IMG/VR virus record: IMGVR_UViG_3300027608_000043
Location: 1 to 53,095 of that record
DNA from: a virus
Lineage: Duplodnaviria > Caudoviricetes
DNA: 53,095 nt
Reading direction: 5' to 3' (one strand)
Both the position numbers and the translations under genes were made by a program. The notes under the pieces are model-generated. The model saw nothing but the letters and a program-made list of their open reading frames with translations, made no database searches and was not told where the DNA came from. Of this stretch, positions 19,132 through 27,545 are shown in pieces. The first letter of the stretch is position 1. The number at the start of each line of letters is the position of its first letter.

Positions 19132-19704
19132 TTACCCTAAAAGACTTGCTTGTTGTGCTAGATAAGCTTGATGTTCAGGCAGTAATTCAATACCGTGCAT
19201 ATTTAATAGTGATCGATCAGGTAAGCCTTGCATTTGAAATCTTGTACCTTGAGCAAGAGCTTGAGTTGCGCCATTGTTTAAATTCTGGAATTGCATCCCT
19301 TGATGATATAACTGTTGTTCTTGTGATACTACAGTAGGTGTTACTTGTGGAAGTAAACGTCCTCCTGTTACCATATCAACTGCAATTGGCGATAATAGAG
19401 AGGCTCCTAGGTTAACTCCTGTTTCTAAACCAGATGGGATGTGATGATCAGTAGAAATAATTTTACCACTTGCATCTTTTAATATTGCTGTTTTACCTTT
19501 GGAAAAATGTCTTGCAAGTCCTACTAAAGGCATGTTAGTAGCAAAGTCCCCTAAGCCATATGCAAGTCCAGCTACCGGTCCCCCTGTAGCAAGACCAAGT
19601 AAACCTGATATTCCAGATTGGATACCTACATCTTTTGCTACTTGTCTTCCTGCTCCGCCTTTAGCAAAATATTTACCTGCTAATTTTGCTATCCCACCCA
19701 ACAT
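19132..19704 (-). CDS. Putative internal virion protein
   Basis: 190 aa, Gly/Ala-rich. Confidence 0.55.
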   Translation of the reverse strand: MLGGIAKLAGKYFAKGGAGRQVAKDVGIQSGISGLLGLATGGPVAGLAYGLGDFATNMPLVGLARHFSKGKTAILKDASGKIISTDHHIPSGLETGVNLGASLLSPIAVDMVTGGRLLPQVTPTVVSQEQQLYHQGMQFQNLNNGATQALAQGTRFQMQGLPDRSLLNMHGIELLPEHQAYLAQQASLLG

Positions 19705-19739
19705 TTTATTTATCCTATATTATCTTTATTTTATACGAA

Positions 19740-20381
19740 CTATTTTTGGTTTGGCTCCAAGGGGAGTTTGTTTTCTTCTTGTATTGTTTTAGTACCTTCT
19801 TGCTGTTCTTTACGTATTTCACTACTAGTTTGTTTAGAAGGAAGTAAATCAGCTACACTCATCTTTCCTTCTGCTTCATCTTTTGCACGTTCATCTGCTG
19901 TTTCCATTAAGAAACCTCTTGGGTCTGGATTATTCATTGTAGGCATTGGATTCTTAGCTCGTTTAGCAGGATTTACAGTTGGACTGAGTTCATATGCATC
20001 CATCCAAAGAGGTTGATAATCAGGTTGTTCTTGTGGACGTTGTTTAGTGAGCGCCCGTCCCTCCACAAAATCATAATCTTCTCTACGTTTAAACCTACCT
20101 AATCCTTTGAATAGTTCATAATTACTATTAACTTCTTTATTCTCATCAAAAAACGGAGAATTAGAAATAAAATTAAGATCGGGGTTTAAATTAAGTTGTT
20201 TGGTTTTAACACGATTTAATAAATCTTCTTCTGTAAAACGAGACGGTGTCCATGGTGCCCTGTTACTACTTGCTTTTGTACGAAACAAATCATCAAAAGA
20301 AAGTTTTTTATGGTCATAATTACCCCTATTAAAAGGGTTGGTGATATAACGACCTAGATCAAGACGGGCATCCTTTGACAT
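19740..20381 (-). CDS. Hypothetical protein
   Basis: 213-aa ORF coupled to the upstream gene. Confidence 0.6.
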   Translation of the reverse strand: MSKDARLDLGRYITNPFNRGNYDHKKLSFDDLFRTKASSNRAPWTPSRFTEEDLLNRVKTKQLNLNPDLNFISNSPFFDENKEVNSNYELFKGLGRFKRREDYDFVEGRALTKQRPQEQPDYQPLWMDAYELSPTVNPAKRAKNPMPTMNNPDPRGFLMETADERAKDEAEGKMSVADLLPSKQTSSEIRKEQQEGTKTIQEENKLPLEPNQK

Positions 20382-20605
20382 TAGCTAGCCTTTTCTTTTT
20401 TACGATTATTTAACTTTACCAAAGTTTTACGCAGGTTAGCTTGCTTGACCGTTTTTTCATCATACTTGTCCGGTTCAGAGAGAACATTCTCCTGTAACTG
20501 AGAAGAAGTGATACCTTTTCGTTTAGCTTTTGCAGTAAAGGTCCCTTCTTTTATCTCAGCTTTTTGAATCCATTTTTTTTCTTTTTTCTTTTTTTCTTTT
20601 GTCAT
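20381..20605 (-). CDS. Small basic protein (KKWIQKA... type)
   Basis: Highly Lys-rich; WIQKA...G.F...A...KTL pattern common in phage small basic proteins. Confidence 0.6.
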   Translation of the reverse strand: MTKEKKKKEKKWIQKAEIKEGTFTAKAKRKGITSSQLQENVLSEPDKYDEKTVKQANLRKTLVKLNNRKKEKAS

Positions 20606-20607
20606 AA

Positions 20608-23600
20608 TTAAAATACCAAATCACCATTTGTGTTTTTTCTTAATTTGTTTCTGACTGATGTAGGACCTGGCGGTTTACCTCTTCTTCCTTGTGGAGTTAC
20701 AATCATTTTATCTAAAGCAGCTTGTCTCATTAACGCATTTCCAAATTGAGCTAAATTACTTCCTGTTATTCCATATCTTTGAATCGTCTCTCCTTCGCTT
20801 AAGGGTCCTACACCAGATAAAATAGGTGCATCACCCCTGCCTAATCTTAACGCTCCTTGACGTACATATCCACCAGGAGTAAGATTAGCCGTTAAAGCAA
20901 ATTGATTAAGTTCATCAATCTGTTCGGGAGTAAGCCTTCTAATACCTGTACCTGCTAAAGGAAGTTGGCTTGTAGGAGCAAGGTTAGGATTTAATTGACT
21001 ACTAGTGTATTGATAATTTCCTTCTAATACGCGAGATGCTGGGCCTGCAGCAGCAGCAGCAACTCCAGTGTATGGATTTTGTGTACGTGCAAAAGAACCT
21101 ATATTCATAGTAGGTACGTTTACTTTACCAACAACATTACCTGTTTGTGGATTACGCACATTAACACGACGCATACCTTCTCCAGTGGAAGGTGTTTCCA
21201 TAGCACCACGTAACCTTGTCATATCAACCCCTGTCTGTGTACTAGGACCTAATCCAACAGCAGCCCCTGCTTCTATGTTACTTTTTTGTAGTATGCCTAA
21301 AAGTTTACGTTGAGATATTGTGTCAATACGGGGTGATTGATATGCCACATTACTTGTGTCCCCTTCGTCACCTAAAGTCATTGGATCCACACCACCGGAA
21401 CCTCTTACTTGATAACGTCCAGGGATAGGCCCTTCTGGAACATCTTCTACTGCCCAATCCACATATTTAGTTGTATACTCTTTACCTGTTTTAGGATCAA
21501 TAGCTTTTTTAAAACCTTTGGCTAAAGGAACGCCCCTTTCATTTGTTTTAACAGGAATACCATAAATACCTGTGTCTTTTTCTGTTTTTAATAAATTAGT
21601 TATAAAACCATGAGCTTCTGTTGGAAAATAAGTAGTTCCTGTTTTTAAACTTATTTCTTGTTTTAAAATAGGTAGATCTATACCTTTGTTATTCATTAAA
21701 TAATCATCAACCGCATTAATAATAAAACCTTGATAATCGTAAGATTCTCCTATTTCACTTAAAGGAAGTCCTTCTGCGCGTCCCTTAGCTAACACCTCTG
21801 GATTGTTTTTTGTTAAGTAAGCAGCTTTTTGAACAGGGTCATTAAAATAAGCATCTTTAGCTGCTTCTGCTACTTCTTCTAATTCAGCACGATTTAATGC
21901 TAACTGTTCTAATTTAGTTGCAGGATGATTGCCCCATGTTGTTTTTATTTGTCCTGTTATAGGATCTACTTGCTTCAAAGGAATAAGTTTTTTACCTAGT
22001 AAAGGAGTCTCTTCATCTAAAAGCAAACGTTTTGTTGTTGGTAAATAATATTTTCCATCATCCCCACGGATAAGACCTGTCTGAGATGAAATGTAAGGAC
22101 TCTTGATTTGATTTGTCCAATCACTTGCTGGTTGTGTTGTTATGAGTCTTGAAACGTTTGCTACTGCAGGTTCAAATCCTCCTGCTAATTTAGTTCCTTG
22201 GGTAAGCGTGTCTTCTGAACTAATAATTCCTCCACGTTTATATCCAATATCACGCAAACCAAGTTGACGTTCAAAAGAAGATTCAGGATCAGCTTGGACA
22301 CGTAGTCCAGTTGTTTGCTCACTATCCACATCTTTTCTAAAAGGTATTACAGCATCAATAACTCGTTCTTGTCTTTCTGTTCCTGCCCTACCTACTAACC
22401 CACGTACACTCTCTACAGCACCAGGTATTAATGTTGTGCTTTTATTTGTTCTTTCTTTAAAAGTCTCAGTAGGAAGTAAAAGATTACCTACTCCTTCTGT
22501 ATCACCATAATCAGTAGCGTTTTCATTAAAAAATCCACCTTCTAGAAAATCAGGTTCAAATTCCATATCATCAATTGTTTGTACATAATTCCCTGTATTA
22601 GGATCAAAAACAAATCCAGCTCGTTCTAATTTTTCTTTCTGCCCTAATCCTGGAAGATTAGCTGTATCTGCATAAGTAAGTCCTACGCCACCAACTCCGG
22701 CTGTTTGTAATTCATCGACAAAAGCTTCAGGCATAGAAGCACGTGCTCCACCTGCTATCTCCATTGTTGGATTAATACTTACAGCTCCGCCACGTACTTT
22801 AGGTGTTGATCCAAGAAACTCCCTGATCTCTTCTCTTGATACATTAGGATTTAAAATTTGATCTCTAATCTCTCTTGGATAAGAAGCTGCTGCCATTGTA
22901 CGTTCTAAAATTTCATTTGGAGTGAATCTGTTGACACCAACGCCTTCACGTGCTGGTGTATCAGAAAACTGACTTAATTGTAAAACGCTTCCAGGGCGAA
23001 CAACAGTTCCTTCTTTACGTAGTTGACGTCCAATTTTAGGATCTACTTTTATCTCTCCTGTTAAATCTGAAACACTACGTCCACCCCGTTCATATGCTCT
23101 TTCTAATTCTTGTGTGCCACGTTCTCCTAGTACTTCAAAATCTTCTTCTGTTATCCCATATGGATTAAATGTTTTTATTACATTTTCATTAACAGTATTA
23201 ATTTTAGCTAATTCTTGAGAAAAATCTTGTATCTCATCAGAAACACGCTTTATGCGATCAGCATTTTTACTGAATGCAGTAAAACCTGTTACTTCTCGTT
23301 GAGCAGGTATTACTACTCCTCTGGTAACAACTTGATCGAGACCAGGATCAGATGCCTCTACTGATTGTTTAGTAATTAATGGATCTAGTTGATCTTGTAT
23401 TGAAGTGAGGTCTGATGATACAGAACCACGTTCTTCTAAAAAAGAACGAGGAGTAAATTTAGTTGGTCCACGTTTTAAACCTTCTTCTCTTGAAATTAAA
23501 CGTCCCTGTCTACGAATTAAAGATTGACGTGTTGGTTCGGAAGTGGGTTTGGGAGTAACAAGTGCAAATTGCTCCACTGTTTTAGAAGGAGGCACACCGG

Positions 23601-23898
23601 CTGTAGAAATTTTTTCTACAACTGGTGCAGCCTCTGCTGGTGGTGCATATACTTTTTTAATTGGAGTTTTTCTTCCGAGTAGTCGTGTTAAACCAAATCC
23701 ACCTGCACCAATGCCTGCTAAAGCTGCTACGGTACCTAGAGCATTTGTTACGTTAAAGTCTTCATCTTTACTTTTGAGTTGATTACGCCTAAACTCAAGT
23801 ACCTCAGGTGCCATCTGTGCCCTTTCTTCTGCGTCTTCTGGGAATGGTGTTCCAGTAGCACGACTATATGCGTAGAAATCAGTCGGAGAAAGGGCCAT
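20608..23898 (-). CDS. Large hypothetical protein, probably virion-internal
   Basis: 1096-aa ORF with one N-proximal hydrophobic segment; first gene of the - strand arm. Confidence 0.65.
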   Translation of the reverse strand: MALSPTDFYAYSRATGTPFPEDAEERAQMAPEVLEFRRNQLKSKDEDFNVTNALGTVAALAGIGAGGFGLTRLLGRKTPIKKVYAPPAEAAPVVEKISTAGVPPSKTVEQFALVTPKPTSEPTRQSLIRRQGRLISREEGLKRGPTKFTPRSFLEERGSVSSDLTSIQDQLDPLITKQSVEASDPGLDQVVTRGVVIPAQREVTGFTAFSKNADRIKRVSDEIQDFSQELAKINTVNENVIKTFNPYGITEEDFEVLGERGTQELERAYERGGRSVSDLTGEIKVDPKIGRQLRKEGTVVRPGSVLQLSQFSDTPAREGVGVNRFTPNEILERTMAAASYPREIRDQILNPNVSREEIREFLGSTPKVRGGAVSINPTMEIAGGARASMPEAFVDELQTAGVGGVGLTYADTANLPGLGQKEKLERAGFVFDPNTGNYVQTIDDMEFEPDFLEGGFFNENATDYGDTEGVGNLLLPTETFKERTNKSTTLIPGAVESVRGLVGRAGTERQERVIDAVIPFRKDVDSEQTTGLRVQADPESSFERQLGLRDIGYKRGGIISSEDTLTQGTKLAGGFEPAVANVSRLITTQPASDWTNQIKSPYISSQTGLIRGDDGKYYLPTTKRLLLDEETPLLGKKLIPLKQVDPITGQIKTTWGNHPATKLEQLALNRAELEEVAEAAKDAYFNDPVQKAAYLTKNNPEVLAKGRAEGLPLSEIGESYDYQGFIINAVDDYLMNNKGIDLPILKQEISLKTGTTYFPTEAHGFITNLLKTEKDTGIYGIPVKTNERGVPLAKGFKKAIDPKTGKEYTTKYVDWAVEDVPEGPIPGRYQVRGSGGVDPMTLGDEGDTSNVAYQSPRIDTISQRKLLGILQKSNIEAGAAVGLGPSTQTGVDMTRLRGAMETPSTGEGMRRVNVRNPQTGNVVGKVNVPTMNIGSFARTQNPYTGVAAAAAGPASRVLEGNYQYTSSQLNPNLAPTSQLPLAGTGIRRLTPEQIDELNQFALTANLTPGGYVRQGALRLGRGDAPILSGVGPLSEGETIQRYGITGSNLAQFGNALMRQAALDKMIVTPQGRRGKPPGPTSVRNKLRKNTNGDLVF

Positions 23899-23988
23899 TT
23901 AGGTTTATCAGCTTTATTTTTGTTCTGTAAATATTCTAATGTTGATAATCTAGGTTATAGTAAAATAATAAAACAAGTTTAAACATAC

Positions 23989-24216
23989 ATGGATCCTCAG
24001 GCAAGGCAAGCAAGAATCGAAGGGCTGCAAAGTATTAAGAAAAAAGCTTTAAACCTTGCTGGTGCTGGTGCAGATGCGTTTGAAATACGTGATTTTGTAA
24101 CAGAAGCTAAAAAGGGACTTGCTTATACAGTACCAGAGGAAGATCAATTTAGAAAATCTAAGACACTTGCATTAGAATACAAGAGACAACAGGCAACAGA
24201 TCCTATTGTTGACTAG
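23989..24216 (+). CDS. Hypothetical protein
   Basis: 75-aa ORF followed by a terminator. Confidence 0.65.
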   Translation: MDPQARQARIEGLQSIKKKALNLAGAGADAFEIRDFVTEAKKGLAYTVPEEDQFRKSKTLALEYKRQQATDPIVD

Positions 24217-24237
24217 ATTTAAGTAAAAGTTAAATCA

Positions 24238-24262
24238 CCGGGCTTAAAAACCCGGATTTTTT
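24238..24262 (+). terminator. Intrinsic terminator
   Basis: CCGGG-cttaaaaa-CCCGG followed by ATTTTTT. Confidence 0.7.
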
Positions 24263-24414
24263 GTGTGTATTTTTGGGCTAAGTAGGGATTTTACATACTA
24301 AAAACACTATAAAAGGGTCTAATTAGGGTAAAAATTTCGTTACTGTTCTCCACATACCCACAGCAAACATAATGTGGGGAGAAAAAAAAGAACTACGGGG
24401 TAGTTCGTATAGAT

Positions 24415-24441
24415 AGGGGGCTGCGCATCCTTATAACGCAG
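24415..24441 (+). ncRNA. Divergent pseudoknot-leader candidate (PK family)
   Basis: AGGG/UCCU and CUGCG/CGCAG helices with a UAUAA linker; ends 21 nt before ATG 24463, as the canonical copies do. Confidence 0.35.
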
Positions 24442-24462
24442 GTATTCCATCGCAATAGTACC

Positions 24463-24738
24463 ATGCAACTGAGCAAGCTAGAGGAGAAGGTTGTCGATTT
24501 TGGCGACAGGTGCCAGCAAGTGGCTAGATACCTGTGGAACGGGCGAAACGTTAGTATCACGGAGCGCCAGCTCCAGTGGTATGAGATGAGCCCACATCAG
24601 GTAATAGAAGAGTTACTTGAATCAGTACAAAGTTTAGAGTGCGAAGAAGCCTGTGAAGCAGGCTTTGAGCGTCAGTTTACAGTTTACTGTACCAAGCGAG
24701 GAGGAGTTTACTCCTTTAAAGCGAAGGTAATGAACTAA
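24463..24738 (+). CDS. Hypothetical early protein
   Basis: 91-aa ORF with the CCATCGCAAT motif 6 nt upstream. Confidence 0.6.
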   Translation: MQLSKLEEKVVDFGDRCQQVARYLWNGRNVSITERQLQWYEMSPHQVIEELLESVQSLECEEACEAGFERQFTVYCTKRGGVYSFKAKVMN

Positions 24739-24843
24739 GCTCCCGGATACCTAGTATAACCTAATCTTCTTAATGTTTTCTTAACGTTTGTAGATTAGGT
24801 CGTGCTAGAATCGCCTGTTTTCGTTCTCAAACGAATGTTGGGC

Positions 24844-24868
24844 CGTCAAGCTGGACGTTAAACGCAGC
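24844..24868 (+). ncRNA. PK-family pseudoknot, variant copy
   Basis: CGUC-AA-GCUG-GACG-UUAAAC-G-CAGC: same topology and UUAAAC linker. Confidence 0.6.
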
Positions 24869-24879
24869 AGACAACTCAG

Positions 24880-25179
24880 GTGGTAGATCACCAGGTGTCC
24901 TTGGCATCCACACTTCAGTGGTATAAGTCCAAGCTACTGGAGAACACCGTGATCAACACCACCGCTAGCGCCAACGTTACTGAGTTGGAGCTGACTGACA
25001 TTACTGAAATGTCATCGGCTGCAATGCAGGAAATGTTTGACGCGTCTCGACGGAAGTGTGGCGATAACGTAATGAGTAAGGTCCTTGACCTACTCGAGTA
25101 CGGACGTAGCCAAACACTTACTGCCGAACATCTCCAGGTCATCAAGTCCTACGTGGATGAGATGCTGGAGAACAACTGA
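24880..25179 (+). CDS. Hypothetical early protein
   Basis: 99-aa ORF; start uncertain. Confidence 0.55.
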   Translation: MVDHQVSLASTLQWYKSKLLENTVINTTASANVTELELTDITEMSSAAMQEMFDASRRKCGDNVMSKVLDLLEYGRSQTLTAEHLQVIKSYVDEMLENN

Positions 25180-25257
25180 ACTGTAGTACTCCACTTGTTG
25201 GAGGGCCAGGTGCAACTCCTGGCTTCAGTTATTACCCACAGCGGAGATGGGTACCGC
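25174..25257 (+). ncRNA. tRNA-like three-way junction plus pseudoknot, copy 1
   Basis: AACUGAA/UUCAGUU stem, CUCCA/UGGAG hairpin, GCCAGG-UGCAACU-CCUGGC T-arm-like hairpin, then UACCCA/UGGGUA with GCGG/CCGC. Confidence 0.7.
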
Positions 25258-25273
25258 ACACATGGAGTTATCC

Positions 25274-25585
25274 ATGGCTAACACTACCATCAACCTTGAA
25301 GATGGTTGGACACAACGCCCAGTTTTTACTGGTGTTTGGCATTTGGAGTATGTTGATCCAGTTGCTGGATTCGACATCTCCATCGTGACAGGACCACTAG
25401 GTTCTGGAGTGATGGGAGTTATTGCTCCAGGTAAGCCAACAACCTATGAAGCCTGGTTGCCAGGATTATCTAACCCCACAGGTTATTTAACCTTGGATGA
25501 AATACGTGGCGTTATTAAATATCTTCGAGAGAAGCATCATGATGATACGTATCGGTTGCTTTGTGAAGATGACATGACAAACTGA
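25274..25585 (+). CDS. Hypothetical early protein
   Basis: Likely start ATG 25274 (MANTT...) after GGAG. Confidence 0.6.
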   Translation: MANTTINLEDGWTQRPVFTGVWHLEYVDPVAGFDISIVTGPLGSGVMGVIAPGKPTTYEAWLPGLSNPTGYLTLDEIRGVIKYLREKHHDDTYRLLCEDDMTN

Positions 25586-25666
25586 GCTGTAGTACTGCAG
25601 CAATGCAGGGCCAGGTGCAACTCCTGGCTTCAGTCATTGCCCAGTCCGCAGGAGATGGGCACCTGC
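25580..25666 (+). ncRNA. tRNA-like three-way junction plus pseudoknot, copy 2
   Basis: ACUGAG/UUCAGU, CUGCA-GCAA-UGCAG, identical T-arm-like hairpin, then UGCCCA/UGGGCA with GCAGG/CCUGC; compensatory changes relative to copy 1. Confidence 0.7.
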
Positions 25667-25683
25667 ACAACATCAACTCGATT

Positions 25684-25872
25684 ATGTTTTCAGTTAATAA
25701 CGTAGCTGCATTCATATGTGGTTATGTGATTGTAATAGGTATTGGTTCGCTAATAGCAGTGCGTATGCTTGATAAAGCAACTGCACAACAATGCATTAAC
25801 CACGACTGGCCTACTGCTGCGCATAAAGTCCACATGGACTGGTGTACAGCTAACGGCTACGTAACTAAGTAA
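25684..25872 (+). CDS. Small membrane protein
   Basis: Likely start ATG 25684; TM helix then 'QQCINHDWP...HMDWC'. Confidence 0.55.
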   Translation: MFSVNNVAAFICGYVIVIGIGSLIAVRMLDKATAQQCINHDWPTAAHKVHMDWCTANGYVTK

Positions 25873-25896
25873 CTTCCTTCATCCAACCTTAAACTC

Positions 25897-26100
25897 ATGA
25901 AATCTGACTCATTGCTAACTCCCGTACTTGCCGTTGTCATGGGCACCGGCCTTGGCATGCTGCTTTCAGTAGCTGGCCAGAAGGTGCTCAATGCACACAC
26001 CCTAGAGAACTGTTGGCGTACACCTAATCGCCAACTTGTCCACCTTCGCTTGTTCCAAGGTGATGCATGGTACTGCGTAGACAAACGCTACCTTAACTAA
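25897..26100 (+). CDS. Small membrane protein
   Basis: TM helix then Cys-x...GDAWYC. Confidence 0.55.
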   Translation: MKSDSLLTPVLAVVMGTGLGMLLSVAGQKVLNAHTLENCWRTPNRQLVHLRLFQGDAWYCVDKRYLN

Positions 26101-26102
26101 CA

Positions 26103-26175
26103 GGACGAAACTAGGTTATAACATCATAACGATGCTGTAACCTGGTCGGCAGTTAATTACTGCCCTGATGAGTCC
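26103..26175 (+). ncRNA. Hammerhead ribozyme, type II
   Basis: GGAC-GAAA-[stem III CUAGGUUAUA/UGUAACCUGG]-UC-[stem I GGCAGU/ACUGCC]-CUGAUGA-GUCC; complete catalytic core, predicted cleavage after C26147. Confidence 0.93.
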
Positions 26176-26203
26176 ACATCAGAAACCCCATCGCATTATT
26201 ACC

Positions 26204-26416
26204 ATGAAGAACAATCACAAGATCTGCGGCAGGTACGTGGAACTAGACACGTATCGTCGCAGTAAAGATACTAGACAGTTAAAGCTAACCATATTAAATA
26301 TCATTACATTTATCGGAGCCGCTGCTGTGATGGCTATTGTCATAACAGCAGGGTTAGGCTCTGATATAACCACACCCTTGACTCCAACACAACATGAACA
26401 ACTCAAGAGAAGATGA
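26204..26416 (+). CDS. Small membrane protein
   Basis: Likely start ATG 26204 with the CCATCGCATT motif 6 nt upstream; one TM helix. Confidence 0.55.
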   Translation: MKNNHKICGRYVELDTYRRSKDTRQLKLTILNIITFIGAAAVMAIVITAGLGSDITTPLTPTQHEQLKRR

Positions 26417-26485
26417 CGTAATAGTCATCAGCATTACCATCATCTCAATCCTATTCACACTATTATTTCAACTCATTCTAGAAAC

Positions 26486-26848
26486 ATGGCATTACTTCCA
26501 GAGCAACAGCAAATCGCAACAGCAATCGGTTACGTCGCCCTTGATGGTGACGAAGGTACCTCACAGTACCCAGCCGATATTGACTTTCCGACCCCTCCTC
26601 CTAAAGGAGCAATCCCCTGCACAGGGAACGTCCGTAAAGATAAACACGGTACCCTCCGCTGCTATTGGATTCCAGCAGGAGGTAACTACACCTCCGAAGA
26701 GAAAGACGAGCTCCAAGGGTGGTACGACGTGCCAACCCTTGAAGACATCGAAGAGTACACGTTCGACGACACCTGCTATACCCCAGCAGGTGACGAAGTA
26801 GAACCTGATCATCCTGATAGCTGGCTAAGGATACTTAGCCTGGTATAA
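26486..26848 (+). CDS. Hypothetical phage protein
   Basis: C-terminal 'GDEVEPDHPDSWLRILSLV' motif typical of small phage proteins. Confidence 0.65.
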   Translation: MALLPEQQQIATAIGYVALDGDEGTSQYPADIDFPTPPPKGAIPCTGNVRKDKHGTLRCYWIPAGGNYTSEEKDELQGWYDVPTLEDIEEYTFDDTCYTPAGDEVEPDHPDSWLRILSLV

Positions 26849-26852
26849 CTAA

Positions 26853-26888
26853 ACCTGGGCACCCATCACCATGGGGTAAGTCCCAGGT
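26853..26888 (+). ncRNA. Internal-loop hairpin leader (CCUGGG-CA...GUAAGY-CCCAG), copy 1
   Basis: ACCUGGG/CCCAGGU plus CCCAU/AUGGG; 31 nt before ATG. Confidence 0.65.
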
Positions 26889-26919
26889 ATCCAACCAACC
26901 TTACTTTATTTTCAACATC

Positions 26920-27300
26920 ATGGCTTTTAAACCAACCTTCACTTTCCCACATTCAGAAGAAGACTTTGTAACAGTAATCTGTTTAAGAGTCGAGCCACGC
27001 TACGAAGAAGTTGTAATGTCACGCGCTGAATTTGAAAGGTTTAACAAAGTATTTAAACCTTGTGAAGAAGAAGGTTATTTTGCTGCTGATTTATTAGAAG
27101 AGTTTAAATTTAAAGATTGGAATACTATGAATCTAGATAGTCCATTAGATTCGTTTAAATATTATTTCAGAGCATACTCTGGTGATGTAACTTCAGGTTC
27201 TGATGACGTAATCTTTATGGATTCTAATCTGAGCTGGCAAAAACCATTCAAACGAAAATATCTTACATTACGTGGAGATGAAAGAATCATTAACACTTAG
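26920..27300 (+). CDS. Hypothetical protein
   Basis: 126-aa ORF. Confidence 0.6.
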   Translation: MAFKPTFTFPHSEEDFVTVICLRVEPRYEEVVMSRAEFERFNKVFKPCEEEGYFAADLLEEFKFKDWNTMNLDSPLDSFKYYFRAYSGDVTSGSDDVIFMDSNLSWQKPFKRKYLTLRGDERIINT

Positions 27301-27311
27301 ATTTAACCATC

Positions 27312-27470
27312 ATGACTTATCTAACTCATCAAAGCTACACTATTGATCAACTAGATGTATTAACAGATATTGCAGATGTACAAGAAGAAGCAATGCGTAA
27401 TTTCAGATGGTGTGATAGTCCAGAACTATTACCTGATGAAGTAACTTTTGTTTCAACAATTACTGAATAA
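27312..27470 (+). CDS. Small acidic protein (52 aa, MTYLTHQSY...)
   Basis: Translated by hand; fills the gap between two elements. Confidence 0.45.
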   Translation: MTYLTHQSYTIDQLDVLTDIADVQEEAMRNFRWCDSPELLPDEVTFVSTITE

Positions 27471-27480
27471 CAACTTAACA

Positions 27481-27516
27481 ACCTGGGCACCCATCACCAT
27501 GGGGTAAGCCCCAGTT
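27481..27516 (+). ncRNA. Internal-loop hairpin leader, copy 2
   Basis: Near-identical to 26853-26888; 29 nt before ATG. Confidence 0.65.
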
Positions 27517-27545
27517 ATTTAATCAAACCTTAACCTCCACCTAAC

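Noticed and set aside
1328-23982. Short + strand ORFs opposite the structural genes (e.g. 4789-5136, 5491-5844, 6613-6930)
   Set aside because: Antisense shadows of well-supported genes with no motifs or initiation signals
25174-25230. True tRNA gene, twister-sister ribozyme or SECIS
   Set aside because: No D arm, no 7-nt anticodon loop and no CCA; the twister-sister internal loop is missing; UGA readthrough would not join the next ORF in frame
27433-27440. Other CTGATGA hammerhead-like cores
   Set aside because: Lies in a small ORF and lacks flanking stems and a properly placed GAAA
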